IMG/VR virus record: IMGVR_UViG_3300045988_091287
Length of the DNA stretch: 31,878 nucleotides
Reading direction: 5' to 3' (one strand)
Source: a virus
A program made the position numbers and the translations under genes. Each line of letters begins with the position of its first letter. Within the stretch, counting starts at the first letter, position 1. Under the pieces are notes generated by a model. That model was not told where the DNA came from and ran no database searches. It saw only the letters and a program-made list of their open reading frames with translations. Below are positions 31,115 through 31,878 of the stretch, piece by piece.

Positions 31115-31878
31115 TCATTCACCCCTTATTTTCTTCGTTAGCTTTCTGTTTGTGATTTTGCGCATTCGCAATGATATGTAAAATCCGCCGTTAATGTCAT
31201 TGTAAAACGGCTTCGCTTGCGAAAATTCATATCCTGGATAGAGCTTTTCGTATTCTAAATTTCCATCGTATTCTCCGAACGAACTAAGCTCTTTCACTTT
31301 TCGAGCGGACAAGCGCCCGTCCCTTTTGCTCTCTATCGGTTTGTCGAGATTTCGGGAACACGTCCAGGAGTAACCGATAGTTTCTCCTATGTCCTCGTCC
31401 GTAGCGGATTTTTTCTTTCTGCCTTTGCAAAAATAACGAGATAGCCCCTCAACGCCGCATTGATCGAATTGCAAAACCTTAATGTCAACATAGCCTTGCC
31501 CCCATAGCTCTACAAGCACCGGAGCAGGCATATCACCACAATTAACGATCGTATGATGATGATAGCGGCCGTTTCTGCTTCCCCTTTCTGTTACCGACAT
31601 ATATTTCAGCGACGGCAAGCCGTGCTTTTTTCGATAGCGCTTAAGACGGGCGATGAAATTACGAAATTGTTTCTTGACCGCTTCATCATTCCCAGGCAAA
31701 TGATCTCCGTTGTAGGTCAAGTGTATGCAGAGATCGGAGCTAGTGAAGTTCGTCATAACGAGCCGTGAGAATTTCTTTTCACGGTTATGCTGATTAAGCC
31801 TCTCTTGCGCCGCTGATGAACATTTTGCTTTCTTTCCTCGGCCTCCTCGAGAAGTCGAGAACACGGGGTATATATCTA
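31115..31878 (-). CDS. HUH rolling-circle replication initiator (Rep); the 5' end continues at nt 56-107 across the junction
   Basis: Motif 1-like is CIHLTYN, the HUH motif is RYHHHTIVN and the Tyr motif is LSRYFCKG. The track ORF 31115-31864 begins at an internal GTG only because the contig ends. Confidence 0.7.
   Translation of the reverse strand, partial: DIYPVFSTSRGGRGKKAKCSSAAQERLNQHNREKKFSRLVMTNFTSSDLCIHLTYNGDHLPGNDEAVKKQFRNFIARLKRYRKKHGLPSLKYMSVTERGSRNGRYHHHTIVNCGDMPAPVLVELWGQGYVDIKVLQFDQCGVEGLSRYFCKGRKKKSATDEDIGETIGYSWTCSRNLDKPIESKRDGRLSARKVKELSSFGEYDGNLEYEKLYPGYEFSQAKPFYNDINGGFYISLRMRKITNRKLTKKIRGE
31824..31878. repeat. Terminal overlap, copy 2 (identical to 1-55)
   Basis: Exact 55-nt identity with the window start. 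Confidence 0.95.

Larger units (their letters stand above)
1..31878. mobile_element. Complete circularly closed genome of a temperate siphovirus-type phage (HK97-like head module); probable Firmicutes host
   Basis: Contiguous packaging, head, tail, DGR, lysis, integration/immunity and early modules. Nt 1-55 are identical to nt 31824-31878, so unique length is about 31,823 bp. The host guess rests on the Spo0A-C-like gene, the GH25+LysM lysin and the large serine recombinase. Confidence 0.85.

Noticed and set aside
1-31878. I looked for tRNA, rRNA and CRISPR arrays, and for transposase or IS elements.
   Set aside because: No cloverleaf-like segments, no regularly spaced direct repeats and no transposase-like ORFs were seen. 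The only regular repeats are the DGR TR/VRs and the in-frame TMP repeats.

Overview
The window is a complete, circularly closed genome of a temperate siphovirus-type phage. The first 55 nt are identical to the last 55 nt, so the unique length is about 31,823 bp. The host is probably a spore-forming Firmicutes (Clostridia-like), but that is inference only. Almost all genes are on the minus strand. In transcription order they are: an HUH rolling-circle Rep (split by the contig break), a sigma-region-4-like late regulator, an HNH endonuclease, TerS/TerL, and an HK97-type portal, prohead protease and capsid. These are followed by head-tail connectors, the major tail protein, a G/GT tail chaperone with a canonical -1 slippery site, the tape measure, Dit, a Tal-fibre with a C-terminal S74 intramolecular chaperone, and a BppU-like protein. 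Then comes a complete diversity-generating retroelement (DGR), followed by an XkdX-like protein, a holin, a small ORF and a GH25-LysM endolysin. The plus strand carries only the lysogeny module: a CI-like XRE repressor, an ImmA metalloprotease, a TM2-HIRAN membrane protein and a large serine integrase. It faces a Cro-like gene across a textbook divergent-promoter switch. The early operon encodes a Spo0A C-terminal-domain homologue, a PP-loop/PAPS-reductase-like enzyme, several Cys-rich or Zn-ribbon proteins and unknowns. The main finding is the DGR. A 113-nt TR lies next to the RT and matches two VRs whose differences fall exclusively at TR adenines. VR1 ends a 462-aa tail-fibre-like protein in the classic target-avd-TR-RT cassette. 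VR2 is remote, ends a free-standing 181-aa protein beside the Rep gene, and carries one extra codon relative to the TR. Both VRs, but not the TR, are followed by a shared AT-rich block and a GC hairpin with a 4-nt loop. All coordinates and alignments were done by eye. Family assignments come from motif recognition, not database searches.
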